Positions 49,943-59,447 of a stretch of DNA of 64,000 bases are shown here, piece by piece. The stretch spans positions 75,229-139,228 of the forward strand of contig JBARQV010000033.1 of the NCBI GenBank assembly GCA_049643885.1. Direction: 5' to 3'. The position numbers and the translations under genes were made by a program. The notes under the pieces were generated by a model. It was not told the origin of the DNA and made no database searches. It was given only the letters and a program-made list of their open reading frames with translations. The stretch's first letter is position 1. Each line of letters opens with the position of its first letter. The stretch comes from Candidatus Omnitrophota bacterium. Lineage in GTDB: Bacteria; Omnitrophota; Gorgyraeia; Tantalellales; Tantalellaceae.

Positions 49943-51760
49943 ATGATGGATCTTAAAATTATGGATAAACTCTCACAAATACGTAACTTCTGTATTATCG
50001 CGCACATAGACCACGGAAAGTCTACTCTTGCCGATCGGATCATTCAGGCTACCGGTGCGGTAAGCGCGAGGGATTTCAGGGACCAGTTCCTGGATGACAT
50101 GGATCTGGAACGGGAAAGGGGTATAACCATAAAGTCAAGCGCCGTGAAGCTTAACTACACGGCAAAAGATGGTAATACTTACTTTTTGAACCTTATAGAT
50201 ACTCCTGGCCATGTGGATTTTAGCTATGAGGTCTCCAAGACGATCGCCGCCTGCGAGGGAGCGCTTCTCGTTGTGGATGCCGTCCAGGGCGTGGAAGCGC
50301 AGACGATCGCTAATCTTTGCCTGGCCATGGAACATGACCTCAAAATAATACCCGTTATAAACAAGATCGACCTCAAAAGCGCCCGCGTGGAAGAGGTCAA
50401 GCAGCAGATGAAAGAGATATTGGACATCAAAGATGAAGAGATCATTTTGACCAGCGCCAAGGAAGGCGTAGGCACGGAAGAGGTCCTGAACGCGGTAGTT
50501 GAAAGGGTCCCCCCGCCCTCAGGGGGATATGAGAAGCCCTTGCAGGCTTTGATCTTCGATTCTTCATATGACACGTACAGGGGAGTCATCATTTATGTCC
50601 GTATAGTCAACGGCTATCTCAGGGCCGGCATGCATGTAAAGATGATGAACACGGGAACAAGTTATGAGATCAGGGAGGTCGGGATATTCACGCCGCAGGG
50701 TCAGGAAGTCGAAGAGCTGGTCTGCGGTGAAGTCGGATATATGGTTTGTAATATCAAAGAAGCCAAAGAGGTCGTAGTGGGAGACACCATAACATCCCTG
50801 GAAAACCCCGCGGAAAAGCCCCTTCCGGGTTACAGAATGGTGAAACCCATGGTCTACAGCGGCATATATCCCGTCAGCAATGAAGATTATGAAGAGCTTA
50901 AAAGCGCGATGGAAAAACTCCGGCTGTCTGATTCTTCTTTTATCTACGAACCGGAGACGTCGGCTGCGCTGGGATTCGGCTTCAGGTGCGGTTTTCTCGG
51001 GCTCCTGCACATGGAGATCATACAGGAACGCCTGGAAAGGGAATTCGACCTGGACCTGATAGTATCCAGTCCAAGCGTGAATTACAGGATAAAACCGTTG
51101 AAAGACGATATGATCGAGATCGATAACCCCACTAAATATCCCGACAGGCAGAAGGTCGAATACGCGGAGGAACCGTTCGTGAGGTGTTATATCATCTCGC
51201 CGAGCAACTCCCTCGGGACCCTTATGAAACTTTGCGAAGGCAAACGCGGTGAATTTGTCAGTACTAAATATCTTAATCCTGAGAAGGCCCAGCTGACCTA
51301 TAACGTACCGCTTTCGGAGATAGTGGTGGATTTTTACGACAAGATAAAATCATCCACCCAGGGATACGGCTCACTTGATTACGAATTTATAGGCTACCGG
51401 AAGTCGGACGTGGTGAAACTTGACATCCTTATCAACGGGATCCCCTGCGACGCGCTTTCATCCATCGTCCACAGGCAAAAGGCCAGGGGCAGGGGGCAGG
51501 AGCTCGTCCTGAAATTGAAGGAGACCATCCCCAAGCATATGTTTAAAATAGCCATCCAGGCGGCTGTGGGAGGGGATATACTGGCGCGCGCGGACATATC
51601 CGCGCTCAAAAAACACGTTACCGGTAAGTGTTACGGCGGTGACATTACCAGGAAAAGGAAACTCTGGGAAAAACAAAAGAAAGGTAAACAAAAAATGCGC
51701 AAAGTGGGAAAAGTGGACGTCCCGAAAGAAGCGTTCCTGAAAGCGATGAGGGTGACATGA
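49943..51760 (+). CDS. lepA: Elongation factor 4
   Basis: IRNFCIIAHIDHGKSTLADR and DTPGHVDF are G-domain motifs, and the LepA C-terminal domain follows. The start may instead be the ATG at 49961. Confidence 0.95.
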   Translation: MMDLKIMDKLSQIRNFCIIAHIDHGKSTLADRIIQATGAVSARDFRDQFLDDMDLERERGITIKSSAVKLNYTAKDGNTYFLNLIDTPGHVDFSYEVSKTIAACEGALLVVDAVQGVEAQTIANLCLAMEHDLKIIPVINKIDLKSARVEEVKQQMKEILDIKDEEIILTSAKEGVGTEEVLNAVVERVPPPSGGYEKPLQALIFDSSYDTYRGVIIYVRIVNGYLRAGMHVKMMNTGTSYEIREVGIFTPQGQEVEELVCGEVGYMVCNIKEAKEVVVGDTITSLENPAEKPLPGYRMVKPMVYSGIYPVSNEDYEELKSAMEKLRLSDSSFIYEPETSAALGFGFRCGFLGLLHMEIIQERLEREFDLDLIVSSPSVNYRIKPLKDDMIEIDNPTKYPDRQKVEYAEEPFVRCYIISPSNSLGTLMKLCEGKRGEFVSTKYLNPEKAQLTYNVPLSEIVVDFYDKIKSSTQGYGSLDYEFIGYRKSDVVKLDILINGIPCDALSSIVHRQKARGRGQELVLKLKETIPKHMFKIAIQAAVGGDILARADISALKKHVTGKCYGGDITRKRKLWEKQKKGKQKMRKVGKVDVPKEAFLKAMRVT

Positions 51761-52389
51761 GATTTAACAAAAAGTCTTGGAACTACTGGTGGAAAGAATG
51801 GATAAAACCTATACTGATAGCGGCCGTTTTGGCCCTTATAATCCGGACGTTCGTGGTTCAGCCTTTTAAGATACCTTCGAATTCGATGTATCCGACGCTG
51901 AAGCCCGGGGACAGGATATTCGTCAGCAAGTTCATTTACGGCGCGAAAATACCTTTTACGAATATACGTTTACCGGAAGTAAGAGAACCCATGTTCGGTG
52001 ATATCGTCGTCTTTCTATCCCCGGAAGAGAAGAAAAAGTATCTTGTTAAAAGATACATCGCGAGCGGCGGTGACAGGGTCCAGATAAAAGACGGCAGTGT
52101 GTATGTAAACGGAGAAGAGAAGGTCGTTTTAGTAGAGGATGAGAATGCTTCCGGCGGCGAGACCTATAAAAGGGCTTTTTATTTCGGCCGCGACAAATAC
52201 GGCATAGAGGGAAAGATCATACATGTCCCCGAGGGACATTTTTACGTTCTAGGGGATAACAGCGCCAACTCGAGAGATTCGAGGTACTGGGGTTTTGTTC
52301 CCGGTAAAAACCTTGTGGGAAAAGTGTTTGTCATTTACTGGCCGATAGGGAGATGGCAGCTGATCCGTGGTACGGGGGAAAGCAAGTGA
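51757..52389 (+). CDS. lepB: Signal peptidase I
   Basis: The catalytic serine lies in PSNSMYPTL, with the lysine box KRYIASGGDRV and GDNSANSRDSRYWG. The start overlaps the lepA stop (ATGA). Confidence 0.9.
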   Translation: MRFNKKSWNYWWKEWIKPILIAAVLALIIRTFVVQPFKIPSNSMYPTLKPGDRIFVSKFIYGAKIPFTNIRLPEVREPMFGDIVVFLSPEEKKKYLVKRYIASGGDRVQIKDGSVYVNGEEKVVLVEDENASGGETYKRAFYFGRDKYGIEGKIIHVPEGHFYVLGDNSANSRDSRYWGFVPGKNLVGKVFVIYWPIGRWQLIRGTGESK

Positions 52390-52919
52390 ATTGGGCGAAT
52401 AGGATAACCATCCTCAGGATAATACTTGTTCCTGTTTTTATCACGTCGGTTCTTTACCACTGGTTGTACCTGGCCCTGGGTGTATTTATTTTTGCCGCGA
52501 TCACGGATGGTCTTGACGGTTACCTGGCAAGGGTGCGCAAGGAGAGGACGCAGCTGGGCAGGATACTGGATCCGGTTGCCGATAAGATGCTCCTTAACAG
52601 CGCCTTTATAAGTCTCAGCCTCGTGTCGGGATTGCCTGATTATCTGGATATGCCCGCGTATGTCCCGATAGCCGTTATCAGCAGGGACGTCATCATTTTA
52701 TTGGGAGCGATAGTCATATACTTGTTGACCCAGAAGATAAATATCAGGCCTACGGCCCTCGGCAAAGTCACCACTTTTTTCCAGATGTTGACCATCATGT
52801 CCCTGCTGTTGGGTTTCATTTATTCAAACTGGATCTGGAACATCACGGTTTTTTTTACCATCCTTTCCGGGGTGGATTACATCAGGATAGGAGCCGGACA
52901 GTTAAATGAAAAGCAGTAG
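52386..52919 (+). CDS. pgsA: CDP-alcohol phosphatidyltransferase (PgsA-like)
   Basis: AITDGLDGYLAR..G..LDPVADK is the CDP-OH phosphatidyltransferase signature. A GTG start overlapping the lepB stop (GTGA) is preferred, and the ORF-track frame alternatively starts at 52353. Confidence 0.75.
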   Translation: MNWANRITILRIILVPVFITSVLYHWLYLALGVFIFAAITDGLDGYLARVRKERTQLGRILDPVADKMLLNSAFISLSLVSGLPDYLDMPAYVPIAVISRDVIILLGAIVIYLLTQKINIRPTALGKVTTFFQMLTIMSLLLGFIYSNWIWNITVFFTILSGVDYIRIGAGQLNEKQ

Positions 52920-54246
52920 CCAGTTCCCTACAGTCAGTATAGTCGGCAGGCCGAACGTGGGGAAATCTTCCCTGTTCAACTGTTTGCTTGGTGAGAGAAG
53001 AGCCGTGGTCGTGGAACAATCCGGGACGACCAGGGACAGGCTGGAAGCGGTCATCAATGTCAGCGGGATAAGCCTGAAAATAGTCGACACCGGCGGGTAC
53101 ATGGCGGAAGATAAGGATGATCTATCCCTCCAGATAAAGGAACAGATAAACCAGGCCATGGAGGAGGCTTCCGTCATCCTTCTGGTCGTTGACACTATGG
53201 CCGGGATCTCTCCGATGGACAGGGAAGTCGCCTCTATTCTGAGGAAGTTCGGTAAGCCTGTTATCTTGGCGGCAAACAAGGCCGATAACGAGAGGATAAA
53301 GGATAACGTTGTGGAATTTTACCAGCTGGGTTTCGGGGATCCCGTGCCCGTATCCTGTGTGCATCGCAAGGGCATAAGGGACGTAAAGGAGTGTATTTCC
53401 AGGTCCCTGGAAGGAGTCGAGCCCCAGGAGCATAAGGGTGAATTTTTAAAGATAGCCGTGGTGGGAAGGCCTAATGTAGGCAAATCATCGTTCATAAATA
53501 ACCTTCTTGCCCGCAAGCGCGTGATAGTCAGCGAGGTCCCCGGCACGACCAGGGACTCGATCGATACTCATTTCACCTATGAGAAAAAAGATTACATACT
53601 GATCGATACGGCCGGGATCCGCCATCGCAGAAAGATCAAGACAGCTGTGGATACATACAGCACCATGCGCGCGAAAGAATCGATCAAAAGGGCCGATACC
53701 GTCATATTATTGCTTGATGCAGCTGACGGCATAACAAGGGACGATCTTGGAATACTGGGTTTTGTGGAAGAGAACGGGAAAGCATGCCTTATACTTGTCA
53801 ACAAGTGGGACCTGGCGGAAGAGGCCGGGAACATCACAATGGAAGATTACACGAGGCATCTGGTATCCGCGTCAAGCAGGATCGGCGTCTTTCCGATGAT
53901 GTTTATTTCCGCGACGACCGGTAAAAATGTCCTGGAAAGCATTTCCCTTGTAGATGTCCTTGATGCCAACCTGGACCTCCAGGTTTCTACGCCGTATTTG
54001 AACAAGTTGTTCGAGAAGAAGGATCCTTCAAGGATCCCCATTTCGAGGAGAAAGAAAAGGCCGAATTTTATGTACATTACCCAGACCGGCCGGAGACCCG
54101 TTGAGTTCAGCGTTTTTGTCAACGACCCGGCGGCGGTTCTTCCTGTCCATTTGAGTTACATTAAGAATTTACTTAGAAGAAATCTGCCCCTCAAGGGGAT
54201 ACCTGTCAAGCTGAGGGTCAGAAAATCCCGAAAGGGAAGAAAATGA
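52906..54246 (+). CDS. der: Ribosome-biogenesis GTPase Der (EngA), two GTPase domains plus KH-like C-terminus
   Basis: Two G1 motifs are present, VSIVGRPNVGKSSLFN and IAVVGRPNVGKSSFIN. DTGG and DTAG G3 motifs and NKAD/NKWD G4 motifs follow. Confidence 0.95.
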   Translation: MKSSSQFPTVSIVGRPNVGKSSLFNCLLGERRAVVVEQSGTTRDRLEAVINVSGISLKIVDTGGYMAEDKDDLSLQIKEQINQAMEEASVILLVVDTMAGISPMDREVASILRKFGKPVILAANKADNERIKDNVVEFYQLGFGDPVPVSCVHRKGIRDVKECISRSLEGVEPQEHKGEFLKIAVVGRPNVGKSSFINNLLARKRVIVSEVPGTTRDSIDTHFTYEKKDYILIDTAGIRHRRKIKTAVDTYSTMRAKESIKRADTVILLLDAADGITRDDLGILGFVEENGKACLILVNKWDLAEEAGNITMEDYTRHLVSASSRIGVFPMMFISATTGKNVLESISLVDVLDANLDLQVSTPYLNKLFEKKDPSRIPISRRKKRPNFMYITQTGRRPVEFSVFVNDPAAVLPVHLSYIKNLLRRNLPLKGIPVKLRVRKSRKGRK

Positions 54247-54848
54247 TCTATATTATTTTCGCCGTTCTTGCTGCATACCTTCTTGGTTCGTTCCCGACCG
54301 CGTATGTCTTCGGAAAAGTTTTGAAGAATATAGACATCCGCGAACACGGGAGCGGGAACGTGGGAGCTACAAATGTTTTCCGCGTTATAGGCAAGACGCC
54401 GGGGATCATAGCCCTGGTAATAGATTTTGCCAAGGGTCTTGTGGCAGTGACCGTATTGCCGGCGGTTTTGGTGAATCTGATGCCGGGAGAGTTGCCCTCA
54501 TATGTATACATTCTGCTGGGTACCGCAGCCATTGCCGGGCACATATGGACGATATTTTTGAGGTTTAAAGGCGGCAAAGGCGTGGCGACTACCGCGGGCG
54601 TGATGGCGGGCCTGGCTCCCGTGCTGTTTGCGGTCTGTCTTTCGGTATGGGTGTTTTTTTTCGCAGTTTGGAGATACGTGTCCGTAGCGTCGATAGCCGC
54701 GGCAGTCTCATTACCGTTCTTTGCCATGGTTTTCGGGAAGGACCTGTCATTTGTAATTTTTTGTTCGGCTATATGCATGGTCGGAGCTTATAGTCACCGT
54801 TCCAATATTAAAAGGCTTTTGAATGGGGAAGAGAAGAAGCTGTTGTAA
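54243..54848 (+). CDS. plsY: Glycerol-3-phosphate acyltransferase PlsY
   Basis: GSGNVGATNVFRV is the PlsY signature, in a polytopic membrane protein of 201 aa. Confidence 0.9.
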   Translation: MIYIIFAVLAAYLLGSFPTAYVFGKVLKNIDIREHGSGNVGATNVFRVIGKTPGIIALVIDFAKGLVAVTVLPAVLVNLMPGELPSYVYILLGTAAIAGHIWTIFLRFKGGKGVATTAGVMAGLAPVLFAVCLSVWVFFFAVWRYVSVASIAAAVSLPFFAMVFGKDLSFVIFCSAICMVGAYSHRSNIKRLLNGEEKKLL

Positions 54849-54875
54849 AAGATACAAAAGATAGAAATTTCCCTC

Positions 54876-54903
54876 TTGAAATATATTTTTTTTGTAGTAT
54901 ACT
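54876..54903 (+). promoter_or_regulatory. sigma70-like promoter candidate at the left edge of the low-GC islet (TTGAAA-16-TATACT)
   Basis: TTGAAA at 54876-54881, a 16-nt spacer, and TATACT at 54898-54903. Confidence 0.35.
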
Positions 54904-54913
54904 AGTTTATGTT

Positions 54914-54944
54914 AATTCATTAAAAAGCAATCTTTTAATGAATT
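54914..54944. promoter_or_regulatory. Operator-like palindrome AATTCATTAAAAAG-caat-CTTTTAATGAATT
   Basis: It is a 13/14-bp inverted repeat between the candidate promoter and the small ORF start at 54998. Confidence 0.4.
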
Positions 54945-54997
54945 TTTTAAGTATAACTTATTCATAACTTTTTTAAAGTATTAATTTTGAGGTCCTT

Positions 54998-55372
54998 ATG
55001 AGGCAAATGGTTTTTCGAAATATCCTTGGCAATAATCCGAGGAAGTACGAAATATCACTTGAGGAGATAAGTGACCGGTATAGGTCCACATTGGCCAGGA
55101 AAATTATTTCTAAATATTTCGTCAAAGATAAATATGAGGCAAAAGACCAAGATGACGCACAGTTGTGGATAGATCTGAACAAGAGAAGCGATATGCCCCA
55201 TAATTGCCATATATTGACCACGATAAACTCCCGCACAGGAGATCATAAGATGATATGCAAGGCGATGGGAAACTTTTACATGATAATACGGTCTATGGTC
55301 TATAAGCTGGTGTATATAAACGAGGTACGGATCCAGATAAAGAATGTCAGGAAGGTGAAAAATGAAGGCTGA
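54998..55372 (+). CDS. Hypothetical small basic protein (124 aa) in the low-GC islet
   Basis: The ATG has a GAGG RBS 7 nt upstream. AT-rich codon usage differs from the neighbouring genes. I recognise no domain. Confidence 0.5.
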   Translation: MRQMVFRNILGNNPRKYEISLEEISDRYRSTLARKIISKYFVKDKYEAKDQDDAQLWIDLNKRSDMPHNCHILTTINSRTGDHKMICKAMGNFYMIIRSMVYKLVYINEVRIQIKNVRKVKNEG

Positions 55373-55478
55373 GATAATAAAAAATACAGTGCATTTACTT
55401 ATGGTTTTTGTGGCTATGTGGAAACTTAGTCTTCTTAAGGGGCAGATCATCCTTATGGAGATATTACATAGGGTTTAA
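55362..55478 (+). CDS. Hypothetical 38-aa hydrophobic peptide (MKAEIIKNTVHLLMVFVAMWKLSLLKGQIILMEILHRV)
   Basis: The ATG overlaps the upstream ORF stop in ATGA fashion, and an AGGAAGGTGA RBS precedes it. A terminator follows at 55523. Confidence 0.35.
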   Translation: MKAEIIKNTVHLLMVFVAMWKLSLLKGQIILMEILHRV

Positions 55479-55522
55479 ACAAGAGAGGACATAATTATTC
55501 GTATCTCTTTCCTCCAGATAAA

Positions 55523-55548
55523 GGGGCGGCTGATCGCCGCCTCTTTTT
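55523..55548 (+). terminator. Rho-independent terminator (GGGGCGGC-tgatc-GCCGCCTC-TTTTT)
   Basis: It has an 8-bp GC-rich stem, a 5-nt loop and a T5 run, and it closes the islet transcription unit. Confidence 0.65.
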
Positions 55549-55555
55549 ATATATA

Positions 55556-55626
55556 GCTGCGGTATATTTCCTACCAGGGCCCCTCCGCCCGGTGTGGATC
55601 CTCCCTGTACGGAAACATACCGCAGC
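55556..55626 (-). repeat. GC-core hairpin repeat, copy C (family 1, minus orientation)
   Basis: The reverse complement reads ctgcggtatgtttcc GTACAGGGAGGATCCACACCGGGCGGAGGGGCCCTGGTA ggaaatataccgcag. The single non-Watson-Crick stem pair is A-C on the plus strand and G-U on the minus strand. Confidence 0.85.
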
Positions 55627-55666
55627 TATTCGATTAAAATAAGCACAAGACTTGCAATTATAAAAT

Positions 55667-55729
55667 CGGTATATTTCCTACCAGGGCCCCTCCGCCCGGT
55701 GTGGATCCTCCCTGTACGGAAACATACCC
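55667..55729 (-). repeat. GC-core hairpin repeat, copy D (family 1, minus orientation), tandem with copy C
   Basis: The core is the same as copy C with a shorter outer stem of about 11 bp. It lies 40 nt downstream of copy C. Confidence 0.8.
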
Positions 55730-55825
55730 CACTATGTATTATACATTCCACATTATCTTTAAGGGTACTCTTATAGCTTCCAACATTGACTATAACTATT
55801 ATATATGTTAAACTCTTGTGATATT

Positions 55826-56812
55826 ATGGACAAAGTGACTGTTATAGGTGACGGCGGCTGGGGCACGGCATTGGCTCTTTTGTTGCATTCACGGGGAGTT
55901 GATACTGTTCTGTGGAGCGCTTTTCCGGAATATGCCGAATATCTGAAAAAAAACAGGGAAAACACCAAATTTCTGGAAGGGGTTCCTTTACCGGGGGATC
56001 TTGCGATAACCTCTGATGAGAGTAAAGTAAAAGAAGCTGATTATGCGATTTTTGCCGTTCCCTGCAAATACCTGCGTCCGGTAGCGGAAAGGTTCAGGGA
56101 CGCGTCATTTAATTGCATAGTAAGTGTGATAAAGGGGATAGAGAACGGTTCTTTAAAAAGACCATCGGAAATACTCGCGGAACATTACCCTGATAACTGC
56201 ATATGCGTTTTAACCGGTCCGAGTATCGCGCACGAAGTGGCGTGCGGTGCGCCCACTACTGTGGTTGCGGCATCCCGGGATGAATGCAGGTTTTCCGTGC
56301 AAAAGCTTCTCACGACGGAAAGTTTCAGGGTCTATACGTTGAAGGATGTGACCGGCGCTGAACTGGGGGGAGCGCTGAAGAATATCATAGCGATAGCGGC
56401 GGGTATTTCGGACGGACTCGGTTTCGGGACAAATTCAAAAGCGGCGCTGTTGACCAGAGGCCTGGCGGAGATAAGCCGCCTGGGAGTAAAGATGGGCGCC
56501 GAAAAAGAGACCTTCAGCGGATTAAGCGGCATAGGCGACCTGACAACTACGTGCATCAGTCTATACAGCCGTAACCGGTGGTTCGGGGAACAGATGGCAA
56601 AAGGCAGGACTAAGGAAAACGTCCTGAGCGAGACCGAAATGGTAGTAGAGGGGCTTTCGACCTGCAAAGCCGCGTATGATCTTTCCAAAAAATATGAAGT
56701 GGAAATGCCCATAACTGAAAAGATATATCAGGTGATCTATGAGGGCAAAGATCCTAAAGTCGCAGTAAAGGAACTGATGACAAGGGATCTTAAAGAAGAG
56801 AATCATAATTGA
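55826..56812 (+). CDS. gpsA: NAD(P)H-dependent glycerol-3-phosphate dehydrogenase
   Basis: VTVIGDGGWGTALA is the Rossmann motif, and GLKNIIAIAAG is the GpsA signature. The ORF-track frame starts at 55805 and I prefer the ATG at 55826. Confidence 0.9.
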   Translation: MDKVTVIGDGGWGTALALLLHSRGVDTVLWSAFPEYAEYLKKNRENTKFLEGVPLPGDLAITSDESKVKEADYAIFAVPCKYLRPVAERFRDASFNCIVSVIKGIENGSLKRPSEILAEHYPDNCICVLTGPSIAHEVACGAPTTVVAASRDECRFSVQKLLTTESFRVYTLKDVTGAELGGALKNIIAIAAGISDGLGFGTNSKAALLTRGLAEISRLGVKMGAEKETFSGLSGIGDLTTTCISLYSRNRWFGEQMAKGRTKENVLSETEMVVEGLSTCKAAYDLSKKYEVEMPITEKIYQVIYEGKDPKVAVKELMTRDLKEENHN

Positions 56813-56818
56813 TAGAGT

Positions 56819-56897
<79 letters not shown>

Positions 56898-57058
56898 TTT
56901 GTAAGTGTCATCCCGGAATTCCGCAAAGCGGAATATCCGGGATCAAGTGGAAATACTTTTATTTTTATGAGATCCCCGCCCCCGCTTTCGCGAGGACATG
57001 CTTTCGCGGGGATGACATATCATTAACAAATAGTTTTCTTTTACGGAAAAGGTGAGCT

Positions 57059-58360
57059 ATGAAGGAAGTAAAGATAGGGCTTATAGGACTTGGCACTGTC
57101 GGCATGGGTGTCTATGACGCTGTAGGATCGAACGGTAAGCTTATTGCCGAAAGGACCGGGGTGTCCCTGATGATAAAGAGCGTGTGCGATAAGGATCGGA
57201 AGGTCCTGGACAGCATCGAGGACAAGAAGGGCCTTATCAAGACCTCGGATGCCAAGGATATTATAAACGACAGTGATATCGATATAATTGTTGAGCTCAT
57301 CGGCGGCGTCGATCCGGCCAAAAACATCATATTGGATTCGCTGCGTAACAAGAAGCACGTGGTTACCGCGAATAAGGTGCTACTTTCAAGCCACTGGAAA
57401 GATATCTTTAAAACCGCTTCCGAAAACCAGGTTTTTGTAAAATTCGAAGCCAGCGTGGGTGGAGCCATACCCGTGATACGAGCTCTCCAGCAGAGCCTGG
57501 TGGCCAACAGGCTGAGCATTATTTATGGCATACTGAACGGCACCACCAATTTTATATTGACTGAGATGTCGCAAAGCGGTTGTCCTTTCGACAAGGCCCT
57601 GGCGATAGCCAAGGAAAAAGGGATAGCCGAAAAGGACCCTTCGCTTGATATCAGCGGGAAAGACAGCGCCCATAAGCTGGCCATATTGGCTTTGCTCGGG
57701 TTCGGGATAAACGTTTCTCCTGATGATATTTATACCGAAGGTATCGAAAACATAGGACCGCAGGACCTGAGTTACGCGAACCGATGGGGATACACCGTAA
57801 AGCTCCTGGCGATCGCGAAAGATACCCCGGAAGGTGTCCAACTCCGGGTCCATCCGACCTTGTTGCCTTCGTGTCATCTTCTTTCGGGCGTGAGAAGTGA
57901 AGATAACGCTATTTTTGTGAAAGGAGACCTGGTCGGGGAATCTCTTCTTTTCGGTAAAGGCGCGGGTAGAAAACCGACCGCCAGTTCTGTTTTGGGAGAT
58001 ATTGCCGAGATCGCCAAACACGTGGCGTTTTTCGGGAAGAACAATCCTGTGCCGTATAACCTTGATTATGCTTCGGGGACAAAGAATGTAAGCCGCATGG
58101 AAGAATTGTCGATATCTTATTACCTGAGGTTCTCTGTTATCGATAAACCCGGTGTCCTTGCCGGGATCTCTTCTATACTGGCGGAAAATAATATAAGCAT
58201 CGCCAGCGTTGACCAGGAGGAGAGAAAAGAAGGAGAGACCGTTTCGGTGATCATATTGACCCATAAAGCCGAAGAAGGAAAATTGCGGCAAGCCATATCA
58301 AAAATAGACAAGCTGGACTATGTGACAGACAAGACGGTGATCATTCGGAGAGAAGAGTGA
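57059..58360 (+). CDS. hom: Homoserine dehydrogenase
   Basis: IGLIGLGTVGMGV is the N-terminal NAD motif. A Hom catalytic domain and a C-terminal ACT domain follow. Confidence 0.9.
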   Translation: MKEVKIGLIGLGTVGMGVYDAVGSNGKLIAERTGVSLMIKSVCDKDRKVLDSIEDKKGLIKTSDAKDIINDSDIDIIVELIGGVDPAKNIILDSLRNKKHVVTANKVLLSSHWKDIFKTASENQVFVKFEASVGGAIPVIRALQQSLVANRLSIIYGILNGTTNFILTEMSQSGCPFDKALAIAKEKGIAEKDPSLDISGKDSAHKLAILALLGFGINVSPDDIYTEGIENIGPQDLSYANRWGYTVKLLAIAKDTPEGVQLRVHPTLLPSCHLLSGVRSEDNAIFVKGDLVGESLLFGKGAGRKPTASSVLGDIAEIAKHVAFFGKNNPVPYNLDYASGTKNVSRMEELSISYYLRFSVIDKPGVLAGISSILAENNISIASVDQEERKEGETVSVIILTHKAEEGKLRQAISKIDKLDYVTDKTVIIRREE

Positions 58361-58384
58361 TTCGTCGGTCGTAAAGGAAAGAAT

Positions 58385-59446
58385 ATGGGAGTGATCGAGA
58401 GATATAAACAGTATTTGCCTGTCAGTGATAAGACGCCGATTATTACGCTGGAGGAAGGGAACACCCCGCTGATCAGGGCGGAAGAGATAGCCAGGAAGAT
58501 AGGTCCCGGATACAACGTCTGGCTGAAATTCGAAGGGCTTAACCCTACCAGCAGTTTTAAGGATAGGGGCATGACCATGGCGGTTTCCAAGGCCGTCGAA
58601 GAAGGGTCTAAAGCGGTAGCCTGCGCTTCAACCGGCAATACATCCGCTTCCGCGGCGGCTTACGCGGCCAAGGCTAAGATAAAATGCGTGGTCGTCATAC
58701 CGGAAGGGGCGATAGCCCTTGGAAAACTGGCTCAGGCGCTGATTCACGGCGCCAAGGTCATAGCTGTACGCGGTAATTTCGACGATGCGCTGAAGATAGT
58801 ATGTGAAATGACCGAAAAATATCCGATAACCCTGGTGAATTCGATCAATCCGTACAGGATAGAAGGACAGAAGACCGGTTCGTTCGAGATCTGCGATCGG
58901 CTCGGGCGCGCTCCTGATTATCACGCTTTACCCGTGGGTAATGCCGGGAATATCACGGCATACTGGAAAGGGTACAAGGAATACAAGCAAGCGGGCAAGA
59001 TCGACAGGCTTCCGAAGATGCTCGGGTTCCAGGCTGCGGGAGCGGCGCCGATAGTGGAAGGCCATGTGTTCGAGAAACCGGAGACCATCGCCACCGCGAT
59101 AAGGATAGGGAACCCGGCAAGTTGGAGACAGGCTGAAGCTGCCAGGGATGAATCTTTCGGGCTTATAGATAAGGTCACCGATGATGAGATCGTGGATGCC
59201 TATAAGTTAATGGCGAGCACGGTGGGCGTATTCGCCGAGCCGGCGTCTGCAGCAGGCGTGGCCGGCATCCTTAAAAAAGCGAAAGAAGGATATTTCCCGG
59301 AGGTTTCCGGCGGAAAGAAGAAAGATATCGTTTGTGTTTTAACCGGTCACGGCCTGAAAGATCCCGACCGGGCTATAAAATGTGTCGAACGCCCAGCTGT
59401 AGTGGGCGCGACACTTAAAGAAGTGGTCAAAGAGGCGGGGCTTTAA
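58385..59446 (+). CDS. thrC: Threonine synthase
   Basis: The PLP-lysine lies in [12 protein letters not shown], and the glycine loop is [10 protein letters not shown]. Confidence 0.92.
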   Translation: MGVIERYKQYLPVSDKTPIITLEEGNTPLIRAEEIARKIGPGYNVWLKFEGLNPTSSFKDRGMTMAVSKAVEEGSKAVACASTGNTSASAAAYAAKAKIKCVVVIPEGAIALGKLAQALIHGAKVIAVRGNFDDALKIVCEMTEKYPITLVNSINPYRIEGQKTGSFEICDRLGRAPDYHALPVGNAGNITAYWKGYKEYKQAGKIDRLPKMLGFQAAGAAPIVEGHVFEKPETIATAIRIGNPASWRQAEAARDESFGLIDKVTDDEIVDAYKLMASTVGVFAEPASAAGVAGILKKAKEGYFPEVSGGKKKDIVCVLTGHGLKDPDRAIKCVERPAVVGATLKEVVKEAGL

Positions 59447-59447
59447 G

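Noticed and set aside
55055-55450. 131-aa minus-strand ORF in the islet
   Set aside because: It overlaps the better-supported plus-strand small ORFs, which have RBS, ATGA coupling and a downstream terminator in the correct orientation. The minus-strand ORF has no RBS-like sequence.
55556-55729. Possible mini-CRISPR, considered because two near-identical 70-nt units are in tandem
   Set aside because: There are only two units. They are long imperfect palindromes identical to dispersed copies elsewhere, and no spacer-repeat periodicity or cas genes are present. REP-like structured repeats explain them better.
54849-55804. Integrative mobile element at the plsY-gpsA islet
   Set aside because: No integrase, transposase, terminal inverted repeats or target-site duplication is discernible, and tRNA-Pro is downstream of gpsA rather than abutting the islet. 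It is kept as a finding (small acquired module) but not called a mobile element.
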